A stretch of 34,217 nucleotides of DNA from Polyangiaceae bacterium (GTDB taxonomy: Bacteria > Myxococcota_A > Polyangia > Polyangiales > Polyangiaceae): assembly GCA_036395495.1 (NCBI GenBank), contig DASWDH010000039.1, forward strand, positions 1 through 34,217. Direction: 5' to 3'. The translations under genes and the position numbers were made by a program. Below the pieces are notes generated by a model that saw only the letters and a list, made by a program, of their open reading frames with translations, had not been told where the DNA came from and did no database searches. Each line of letters begins with the position of its first letter. Position 1 is the first letter of the stretch. Positions 25,624 to 32,662 of the stretch are shown piece after piece.

Positions 25624-26607
25624 TTAGCCGGGGGCCCAGAAGCTGTGGGGCAGGGCGTGGCGATGGGAGAGGGCGAGGAGGTCCATCGAGAGGGCGACGG
25701 TGATGTGCACCAAAAACCCCGCGTAGATGCTCTTCGTGCGCATCGACAGGCTTCCGAGGACCACGCCGGCCACGATGGCGCCATTGGCTTCGAGGTAAGG
25801 CTTGCCGAAGTGGATCATCGCATAGGGAACGCACATCGAAAAAATCGCTCCCGACCCGAGTGATCGCCTTAGCGCGCCCAACCAGAGCCCGCGAAAAAAG
25901 AGCTCGAGGCCGAAAAACTGCGTGAAATACATGGCTTCCCAGAGCAGAAGGTCGAAGTAACTGCGCGAGGAGCTCTTGTAGAAGGGATAATACGTCCCGA
26001 AATCTGGTTGCCGCGCGACGAGCCACAGCGCTGGCAAGACGAACAGAAGGCACACGCCGTAGATCCACGCGTGCTGCACGAAGCCCCGTAGCCGAAGCCC
26101 CATGTCGAGCAGCTTGTCCTGCCGGAAAATGAACTTGTAGGTTGGGAACGGCAAAATCACGTAGCCGGCGAAGCGGGTGAAGGCCCACCAGCCGTAGCCG
26201 TAGAGCTCATCGTATTTGGCGAGATTGATGCGTGCGTGGTGATGCGTCACTTCCTGCGTCACCAGCCAAGGGCGCACCACCTGCTCGTAGGTTGCGCGGC
26301 CGCCATAGTACTCCTGAAGGGTCAGGATGATGGCGGCCATCACGAAAAGAACCGCAGGGCGCAGATCGTAGCCTCCGGTCGCGAGCAGCGCGTTACGGTA
26401 GCGCTGCGCCTCGAGGTCGAGCTCACGCCAAGTGGATCGAAAGAACCACCAAACGAGCGGAGCGAGCGCGACGATGATCGGAATCGGCAGAAATGGACGC
26501 AGATACGTGAGATTCAGAATCGACGTCCAAAAACCGGTGGGCGCGGGCTCGCCGTCGGGCAGAGGCGGAGGAAAAAGCGACGGGCGGGGGCCGAAGAAAG
26601 AGAGCAC
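25624..26607 (-). CDS. CPBP-family (CAAX/Abi-like) intramembrane metalloprotease
   Basis: 327 aa and polytopic. The CPBP motifs are LELFFRG (ExxxR type), YAMIHF and FLVHITVALSMD. The GTG start at 26605-26607 directly abuts the gltX stop codon. Confidence 0.7.
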   Translation of the reverse strand: MLSFFGPRPSLFPPPLPDGEPAPTGFWTSILNLTYLRPFLPIPIIVALAPLVWWFFRSTWRELDLEAQRYRNALLATGGYDLRPAVLFVMAAIILTLQEYYGGRATYEQVVRPWLVTQEVTHHHARINLAKYDELYGYGWWAFTRFAGYVILPFPTYKFIFRQDKLLDMGLRLRGFVQHAWIYGVCLLFVLPALWLVARQPDFGTYYPFYKSSSRSYFDLLLWEAMYFTQFFGLELFFRGLWLGALRRSLGSGAIFSMCVPYAMIHFGKPYLEANGAIVAGVVLGSLSMRTKSIYAGFLVHITVALSMDLLALSHRHALPHSFWAPG

Positions 26608-28098
26608 CTAGCTCACGCTGGAGGACTCGATGGCGTGGTCGAGCCGGGCCAAACTCTCTTCCCTGCCGAGCACGGCAAGTACCTCGTATAGACCCGGGCT
26701 GACCGTGCGACCGGTGAGGGCGACGCGCGCGGGTTGCGCGACGTCTTTGATGGCGAGGTTTTTCGACGCGAGCCAACTGGAGATGGCGGCCTCGATGTTC
26801 GCCTCCTCCCAGAGAGTGACGCAAACGAGCAGCGCTCTGAAGTCCGAAAGTCGAGGGGCGGTTGCCGGGGTGAGAAATTTCTTCTGTGCCTTCTCGTCGA
26901 ACACCGGCTTGCGAAAAAAGTAATGCATCGCCTCGGCCGCCTCGCGCAGCGAGCGCGCCCGCTCACGGACGGTGGGAATGGCCCGCAAGAGCTTCGCCTC
27001 GTCGGGATCGGAAATGCCGGTGGCATCGAGAAATGGGCGAACCATGTTGGCATATCGGCGAACGGGGGTGAGGTCGGGCCGCTTCAGGTGCTCGAAAGCG
27101 ACGTCGGCGAATTTCTTCGGGTCGAACTTGCCGTCGGCCTTGCCAACTTGGGCGAAATCGAATTTTTGGATCAGGTCCTCGCGGGAAAAGATCTCCTGGT
27201 CGCCATGAGACCAACCGAAGCGAACGAGGTAATTGAGGACACCCATCGGCGGGTAGCCGAGCGCACGATATTCGCTGACGCTGACTGCGCCGTGACGCTT
27301 GGAGAGCTTTTCTCCGCTCGGCGCGAGCATCATCGGCAGGTGGGCGAACCGAGGCGGTGCGTAGTCGAGCGCCTCGTAGACGAGGATTTGAGGCGGCGTA
27401 TTGACCATGTGGTCGCGCCCGCGCGACACCAGGGTGATGCCCATCGTCACGTCGTCGACGACCGCGCCGAAGTTGTAGAGCGGAACCCCGTCCGAACGGA
27501 GCATCACGAAGTCCTGCTGGGCCGAGTTCGGCGTGGTGACCGCTCCGAACACGATGTCCTCGTAAGTGACGACCCCCGCATCGGGAGCGCGAAAGCGAAC
27601 GACGAACGGTCTATCGGGGTGGTCTTTTCGATCGCGACAGGTGCCGGGGTATCGCCACATGCCCTTCGGACCGCGCGCCTTGGACGCGGCTCGTTGCGCG
27701 TCGAGCTCCTCCTTGGTGCAATAGCAGCGGTAGGCGCGGCCGCGCCCGATGAGCCGGTCGGCGAACTCTCCATAGATCGAGAGCCTCTGCATCTGAAAGT
27801 AGGGACCGTGAGGACCGCCAACTTCGGGGCCCTCGTCCCAGTCGAGCTCGAGCCAGCGCAGAGCGTCGACGATGACCTTTCGGCTGTCGTCGGTGCTCCG
27901 TTCTTGGTCGGTGTCCTCGATGCGCAGGATGAAGGTACCGCCGTGCTTCCTAGCCCAGAGCCAGTTGAACAGGGCGGTGCGCACCCCACCGATATGCAGA
28001 TAGCCGGTCGGCGATGGCGCAAACCGAACGCGCGGTGCGGCGCGTCTTGCGATCGAAGCCGAACCCGATGGGGCCGGGGCGACGGGAGAAGAGGCCAT
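26608..28098 (-). CDS. gltX: glutamate--tRNA ligase
   Basis: The HIGH region is RFAPSPTGYLHIGGVRTALFN and the KMSKS variant is KLSKRH. Class I GluRS blocks are present throughout. The ATG start lies at 28096-28098. Confidence 0.95.
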   Translation of the reverse strand: MASSPVAPAPSGSASIARRAAPRVRFAPSPTGYLHIGGVRTALFNWLWARKHGGTFILRIEDTDQERSTDDSRKVIVDALRWLELDWDEGPEVGGPHGPYFQMQRLSIYGEFADRLIGRGRAYRCYCTKEELDAQRAASKARGPKGMWRYPGTCRDRKDHPDRPFVVRFRAPDAGVVTYEDIVFGAVTTPNSAQQDFVMLRSDGVPLYNFGAVVDDVTMGITLVSRGRDHMVNTPPQILVYEALDYAPPRFAHLPMMLAPSGEKLSKRHGAVSVSEYRALGYPPMGVLNYLVRFGWSHGDQEIFSREDLIQKFDFAQVGKADGKFDPKKFADVAFEHLKRPDLTPVRRYANMVRPFLDATGISDPDEAKLLRAIPTVRERARSLREAAEAMHYFFRKPVFDEKAQKKFLTPATAPRLSDFRALLVCVTLWEEANIEAAISSWLASKNLAIKDVAQPARVALTGRTVSPGLYEVLAVLGREESLARLDHAIESSSVS

Positions 28099-28113
28099 GG
28101 GGTCGGTCGGCGT

Positions 28114-28143
28114 TTAGCAGAGGGGCCCGCCTCTGGCTAGAAT
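28114..28143 (+). promoter_or_regulatory. candidate sigma70-like promoter with an embedded 6-bp inverted repeat
   Basis: The candidate -35 is TTAGCA (28114-28119, 4/6 match to TTGACA). An 18-nt spacer contains CAGAGG-ggcccg-CCTCTG (28118-28135). The candidate -10 is TAGAAT (28138-28143). The element lies about 110 nt upstream of the H1-like gene. This is pattern match only. Confidence 0.2.
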
Positions 28144-28255
28144 ATCGGGCTCGAGCATCGGAGGGCCCCCAGGGATGGGCTTGCCCCTACCGCCTTGGCT
28201 CTGCTAAAGCTGCGCCCCCGACCCTAGGGTCCTCTCGCAGCTTTCGGAGCCGTCC

Positions 28256-28798
28256 ATGAGTAAGTCTCCTGCCGCCATCGTGAAGCAACAGTTTGGTGAC
28301 AAGGCCAAGCTCGTCGCAGCGCTCGGTCCTTTCACCGACGATGACCTTTGGGTCAAGCGAGTCAACGAAACGAAGGGGCTTTCGCGAGTATCCAACGCCA
28401 AGCTGCTCAAGCTCTACAACGTCCTTTCGGCCGTGAAAGAAAAGTTCGGCAACCGTCTCAAGCTCATCGATGCCATTTGCGAGATCGAGAAACGGGCCAA
28501 AGACGAAGGTTACAAGAACCGGCTGCAGGCTTACGCCATCCCTCGACTCTACGACCTGTATCGCTCGGTCGCGCGCCGCGCCGGCATGACCGTCGAGCCG
28601 CTCGTGAAGCCCGCTCCGCGAGGCGCCGCGAAGCCCGCCGCTGCCGGCGAGGCACCGAAGTCCAAGCCTTCCTCGGCCAAGAAGGCGAGCGCGAAAGCGC
28701 CGGCCGGCAAGGCAGCCAAGAAACAGGCGGCCAAGAAGCAGGTGAAGAAGGGGGCGAGCAAAGGCAAGGCGGCGATGCCCAAAAGGCGAAGCCGCTAA
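28256..28798 (+). CDS. putative nucleoid-associated protein with a histone H1/AlgP-like Lys/Ala/Pro-rich C-terminal tail
   Basis: 180 aa. GGAG lies 6 nt upstream of the ATG. The N-terminal domain of about 115 aa is helical and belongs to no family I recognise. The tail is AAKPAAAGEAPKSKPSSAKKASAKAPAGKAAKKQAAKKQVKKGASKGKAA. Confidence 0.7.
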   Translation: MSKSPAAIVKQQFGDKAKLVAALGPFTDDDLWVKRVNETKGLSRVSNAKLLKLYNVLSAVKEKFGNRLKLIDAICEIEKRAKDEGYKNRLQAYAIPRLYDLYRSVARRAGMTVEPLVKPAPRGAAKPAAAGEAPKSKPSSAKKASAKAPAGKAAKKQAAKKQVKKGASKGKAAMPKRRSR

Positions 28799-28846
28799 TA
28801 TCGAGCGCGCAGGACCGTCGTCGATGCGCGCTGACAAGCCGAGCCC

Positions 28847-29461
28847 ATGATGGAGAAGAAAAGGAAAAAGCCGCCCGTTCCCGTCAGTGAATCGGGCTTT
28901 CCCGCGGTCCACGATCTGCTCGTTCCCAAGGCGGTTTGGTTTACCAACGGGGTGGGAGTTCACAAAGATCGGCTGTCTTCGTTCGAGCTCGCGCTGAGAG
29001 ATGCCGACGTCGAGATCGCCAATCTGGTGACGGTTTCGTCGATCTTCCCGCCGCATTGCCGCGAGATCAGCCGCAGGGAAGGCGTGAAGTTAATCCGGCC
29101 CGGTCAGATCGTTCACTGCGTCATGGCTCGGCAAGACACCAACGAACCGAATCGTCTCATCTGCGCGGCCATCGGGCTGGCGCGTCCGAGCAATCCCGAG
29201 ATGTACGGCTACCTCTCCGAGCATCACAGCTATGGCGAGACGGGCAAGCGGGCGGGAGACTACGCCGAAGATCTCGCGGCGACCATGTTGGCGACCACGC
29301 TGGGCATCGAGTTCGATCCCGAGAAGGCCTACGACGAGCGCAAGGAGGTCTACCGCATGTCGAGGCAGATCGTGCGCACCCGTTCGGTCGTTCAGTCGGC
29401 CGAGGGTAACAAGAACGGCAAGTGGACGACCGTCGTCGCGCTGGGCGTTTTTATCTTCTGA
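28847..29461 (+). CDS. pdaD: pyruvoyl-dependent arginine decarboxylase
   Basis: 204 aa. The self-cleavage signature is [11 protein letters not shown] (Ser-Ser codons at 29036-29041), as in archaeal PdaD (ISSIMPP). The overall length and the YGYL.EHH block also fit this family. Confidence 0.8.
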   Translation: MMEKKRKKPPVPVSESGFPAVHDLLVPKAVWFTNGVGVHKDRLSSFELALRDADVEIANLVTVSSIFPPHCREISRREGVKLIRPGQIVHCVMARQDTNEPNRLICAAIGLARPSNPEMYGYLSEHHSYGETGKRAGDYAEDLAATMLATTLGIEFDPEKAYDERKEVYRMSRQIVRTRSVVQSAEGNKNGKWTTVVALGVFIF

Positions 29462-29507
29462 CGCCGACCTCTGGCACGCCGGAGGTGCAGAGCTACACTG
29501 TCGAACG

Positions 29508-29774
29508 ATGACGCGCGATGAAGCTGTCGCCATTCTGCGCAGCCCGGCAGGCCGCGACGAAACACGGCGTGTCTATCAGCTGCGCCGCGCCTTCGAGCTC
29601 GTCCTGCAGACCATCTGCGCTGGCGACCATTCCCGGTCCGAAGCCGAACAGCTCGTCGACGGCCTGGCCGGGCTCGCCGAAGAGTACTTTCCGGGCAGCT
29701 CTGAAACGTTTTCGATCATCTACGGCCGGCGACTCGGGCGCGCCATTGCCGAGGTGTACGGCAACGCTAGCTAG
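29508..29774 (+). CDS. small hypothetical protein (88 aa)
   Basis: The ATG at 29508 lies within track ORF 29232..29774, downstream of the pdaD stop. GC3 is strongly biased toward G/C (ctg cgc agc ccg gca ggc cgc gac ...). No motif is recognised. The 3' end overlaps the convergent gene by 8 bp. Confidence 0.4.
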   Translation: MTRDEAVAILRSPAGRDETRRVYQLRRAFELVLQTICAGDHSRSEAEQLVDGLAGLAEEYFPGSSETFSIIYGRRLGRAIAEVYGNAS

Positions 29775-30282
29775 CCTGCCCCTTTTCTTTCAAATAGCTG
29801 CGCAGAAAGACGGCCATCTTCTCGTAGCTTGCCCGTGTGTCCTCGATGGTTTTTTGCTCGATGAGCTTGCCGATCATCAGGACCTTCACTTCGACGGAGA
29901 ACTCCACGATGCGGCGGATGCGCTTGTCGTCGAGCCGCTCGGTGTACATCTCTCCCGAAATGTGGGTCTTGTCGGGCATCGTGCCGGGGATGATTCGGAA
30001 CCGGTAACGGTTTTGCCTACGGTCGAGCCGGCCTTCTTCGACGTAACTGAAGCGGTCGCCGAGAACTCTCTTGATCGGACCGGGCATGTTGTCGACCGGG
30101 GGCTGCACTTGGACTTTTCGCTGCAGCGCGTCGTCGGTCACCTGTTGATCGACCAAGCGCCAGGACGGGAACCGCAGCGTGTCGAAGTAGAGCCGTCGAC
30201 TGAACTCCTCATCGAAAAAGGAGATCTGCCAAAAAGTCGCCTCGGTGCAGTCGAAGTCGTGCTGGATTCTCGTCGTCGCCAT
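29767..30282 (-). CDS. SRPBCC/START-like (DUF2505-like) protein
   Basis: 171 aa with an ATG start at 30280-30282. The pattern of beta-rich sequence followed by a long C-terminal helix, and the N-terminal IQHDFDCTEATFW, are reminiscent of polyketide-cyclase/SRPBCC family members. This is a tentative family call. Confidence 0.6.
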   Translation of the reverse strand: MATTRIQHDFDCTEATFWQISFFDEEFSRRLYFDTLRFPSWRLVDQQVTDDALQRKVQVQPPVDNMPGPIKRVLGDRFSYVEEGRLDRRQNRYRFRIIPGTMPDKTHISGEMYTERLDDKRIRRIVEFSVEVKVLMIGKLIEQKTIEDTRASYEKMAVFLRSYLKEKGQAS

Positions 30283-30309
30283 GGGGTCTGCCGGCCTCCG
30301 GCTGCTGGG

Positions 30310-30783
30310 TTACTGTCGGAGATACTTGATATAGACGTAAAGGTCGTTTCCCGGCCAGTAGAAGTCTCGAATGCGAGCCGCCTCCTCATAGCCGCTCCGC
30401 TCATAAAAGGCGCGGGCCGCCGCATACGAGTCCAGGCCGGCGGTCTCGACGCGGATGAGGCGCGCCCCCGAGCGCCGAAGCGAACCTTCGACCGAAGCCA
30501 GTAGCTCGCGACCGATGCCGGTGCGGCGGGCCTCCTGGTCTACGACGAGCCAGTAAAGGTCGTAGGATCCCTGGGTCATGGGCGCCGACCCGAAGCAGGC
30601 ATATCCGAGCACCCTATCGCCCTCTTCCCAAAGCACGAATCGGTAGTCATCCGAGGAAGGGTCGGAAAGGGCGCAGTCGATCAGCTCGAGGGCGATGGCG
30701 ACGTCGGCGGACGTGAACTCGCTCGTCGCGGCCAGCAGACTAGCGAGCTTCGCCCGATGATACGGCGCGAGCTTCGCGAGCAC
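30310..30783 (-). CDS. GNAT-family N-acetyltransferase
   Basis: 157 aa. The acetyl-CoA-binding motif is VVDQEARRTGIGRELL (Q/R-x-x-G-x-G/A), followed by AARAFYERSGY. The GTG start overlaps the 3' end of the upstream ATP-grasp gene by 44 bp. Confidence 0.8.
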   Translation of the reverse strand: MLAKLAPYHRAKLASLLAATSEFTSADVAIALELIDCALSDPSSDDYRFVLWEEGDRVLGYACFGSAPMTQGSYDLYWLVVDQEARRTGIGRELLASVEGSLRRSGARLIRVETAGLDSYAAARAFYERSGYEEAARIRDFYWPGNDLYVYIKYLRQ

Positions 30784-31843
30784 TGCCTACACCCTTCCTG
30801 CGCCGAAGCGCATAGCGAACCAAAAGGCGCGTGAGGGCGGGAAAGTCGATGCCGACCGAATGCGCTGCCCGGGCATAACCCGCGTCCGGCGAAAGGTCGC
30901 AATTGGGGTTCACGTCGATGACGTAGGGGATACCGGTAGGGCTCAAACGAATGTCCACCCGGCCGTAGTCGCGCACGCCGACGGCACGGCATGCTTCGGT
31001 CGCCGCGCGGCGCAGGCGGGCGGCGACCGCGGGCGGCACCTCGGGGTGCATTACCGGTTGGGTGCCCAGGTCTTCGACCGAGCCAGGCTGCCATTTGGCA
31101 TCGTAGGAGACGATGCGAGGCTGCTCCTCGGGCAGATTCGAAAAATCGATCTCCTGAAGGGGCAGCACCCGGGCCTGCGGGTAGCCGAGCAGCGCGACGT
31201 TGAATTCGCGCCCTTCGACGTATTGTTCGACCAGGCAAGGCGCCTTGAACAGATTGATGAGCTCGGAGACCCGCTCGTAAAGGGTGGGCTCGTCGTGCAC
31301 CACGGAGCGCCCCCAAATACCCGCCGAGCCATCTTCACGCGCAGGCTTGACGATGAGCGGGAAGGGGAGGTCACAGGGCGCGTCGGGTCGCTCGAAGAGC
31401 GCACCTTGTGGTGTCGGCACGCCCGCAGCCAGGAGGCGCTGCTTGACCCGATCCTTGTAGAGCGCGGCGGAAAGAGCGTCCGGCGGCGATCCCGTATAGG
31501 GAATCCCCATCAACTCGAGGACTGTCGGCACTGCGGTCTCGAGGCGGGCATCGCTTCCGAGCGATTCGCACATGTTGAAGACGCACATGGGAGAGGTTGC
31601 TTCCAGACGGGAACGCAACTCGGCAAAATCCCCTTCTGTGGGCATGAGCGTCGCTGTGTGCAGGCCATCACTCGAGAGGGCGGCCGCGACCTCCTCCGCC
31701 ACCGCCTCGACGGTTATCCGAGACTCGAAGTTCGGATCGCCTTCGGTTCTGGCTTCTTCGAAATCGACGTTGTAGATGATGGCAACGTCGATGACCTGCT
31801 GTCTTTTCCTCGGGGATCGCTTCGCGGCTTCCGCGTCGTCCAT
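30740..31843 (-). CDS. ATP-grasp ligase, D-alanine--D-alanine ligase-like family
   Basis: Motifs seen are DKVKQRLLAAGVPTP, LIVKPAREDGSAGI, VEQYVEGREFNVALLG and GRVDIRL...YVIDVNPNCDLS. The track start at 31873 is a TTG. ATG at 31841-31843 has AAGGA about 9 nt upstream and is preferred (367 aa). Confidence 0.8.
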   Translation of the reverse strand: MDDAEAAKRSPRKRQQVIDVAIIYNVDFEEARTEGDPNFESRITVEAVAEEVAAALSSDGLHTATLMPTEGDFAELRSRLEATSPMCVFNMCESLGSDARLETAVPTVLELMGIPYTGSPPDALSAALYKDRVKQRLLAAGVPTPQGALFERPDAPCDLPFPLIVKPAREDGSAGIWGRSVVHDEPTLYERVSELINLFKAPCLVEQYVEGREFNVALLGYPQARVLPLQEIDFSNLPEEQPRIVSYDAKWQPGSVEDLGTQPVMHPEVPPAVAARLRRAATEACRAVGVRDYGRVDIRLSPTGIPYVIDVNPNCDLSPDAGYARAAHSVGIDFPALTRLLVRYALRRRKGVGSAREARAVSSGEAR

Positions 31844-31927
31844 GAACCATTCCTTGCTAAACACCTTCGGCAATACGTCGCCCCCATTTCGCAGATATCG
31901 CGCGGCGAATTTAAGGTCAAGAAGCTC

Positions 31928-32638
31928 GTGATCAAAAATTCACTCCTCGACCCTGCTGCGAAGTGGATCCGCGAGACGATCCTCATCGCAAAAAAGGATC
32001 TCGCCATCGAAAGAGCGACCGGCGAGATCGTCACGACCAGCGGTTTCTTCGCCATACTTTTGACGGTGCTCTCCTCTCTCGCGTTTCGCGGCGGTCCCGA
32101 TGCGGCATCGCTCGTGGCCCCGGGCGTGATCTGGCTTTCGGTGACCTTCGCGGCAGTACTCGGCCTCAGTCGAACATGGACCCGTGAACGCGAAGAAGGG
32201 GCTCTGCGAGGGCTCGTGGTCGCTCCACTGGCCAGGAGCGCCATCTTCGCGGGGAAAGCCATCGGTGTTTTCGCCTTCGTCACAGCGATCGAGGTTCTCG
32301 TGATCCCCGCATCGGCCGTGCTGCTCGGCTTCGACCTCGGCCGCTATGCGCTGGGGCTTGCCGCGATCGCGCTCTTCGCCAATGTGGGCATTGCAGCTAC
32401 GGGAACCCTCTTTGGCTCCATGACCGTCCGCACTCGGGCGCGCGACCTCGTTCTTGCCAGTGTCTTGCTTCCGCTGCTCGCGCCGACGCTGGGCAGCGCC
32501 ATCGCGGCCACGCGCGAGCTGTTCGAGGGTGGCGCTTCGGTCGCAGACCTCGGCGATTACCTGGAACTCATGCTGGTCTTCGACGTCGTCTTCTGCTCCG
32601 CCGGACTTGGTCTGTTTGGTTGGCTCATCGAGGGCTAA
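31928..32638 (+). CDS. ccmB: haem exporter protein CcmB (cytochrome c maturation ABC permease)
   Basis: The GTG start at 31928 gives 236 aa. APGVIWLSVTFAAVLGLSRTWTREREEGALRGL aligns with E. coli CcmB APGIIWVAALLSSLLALERLFRDDLQDGSLEQL. Six hydrophobic helices are visible. The upstream 1 kb of track ORF 30860..32638 is antisense to the ATP-grasp gene and is rejected. Confidence 0.8.
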   Translation: MIKNSLLDPAAKWIRETILIAKKDLAIERATGEIVTTSGFFAILLTVLSSLAFRGGPDAASLVAPGVIWLSVTFAAVLGLSRTWTREREEGALRGLVVAPLARSAIFAGKAIGVFAFVTAIEVLVIPASAVLLGFDLGRYALGLAAIALFANVGIAATGTLFGSMTVRTRARDLVLASVLLPLLAPTLGSAIAATRELFEGGASVADLGDYLELMLVFDVVFCSAGLGLFGWLIEG

Positions 32639-32662
32639 TGCTCCGTTCGACGCCATCTGCGC

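Noticed and set aside
28187-29056. 289-aa minus-strand ORF antisense to the H1-like gene and the pdaD 5' end
   Set aside because: Its Arg/Gly/Leu-rich sequence mirrors the Lys/Ala-rich tail on the other strand. The plus-strand genes have good SD sequences and recognisable features.
29767-30282. Visibly lower GC in the SRPBCC-like gene, considered as a sign of recent horizontal acquisition
   Set aside because: The dip is explained by the Lys/Glu/Ile/Phe-rich protein composition. There are no flanking direct repeats, integrase, tRNA or other mobility signatures. Neighbouring genes continue the normal composition.
29518-30504. 328-aa plus-strand ORF across the SRPBCC-like and GNAT genes
   Set aside because: It is antisense to two genes with recognisable folds and motifs. 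Its translation has no motif and shows the composition typical of shadow ORFs.
30860-31927. N-terminal 356 codons of track ORF 30860..32638 (592 aa)
   Set aside because: This part is antisense to the well-supported ATP-grasp gene and has no recognisable similarity. The CcmB homology begins only after the GTG at 31928, so the ORF is truncated to 31928..32638.
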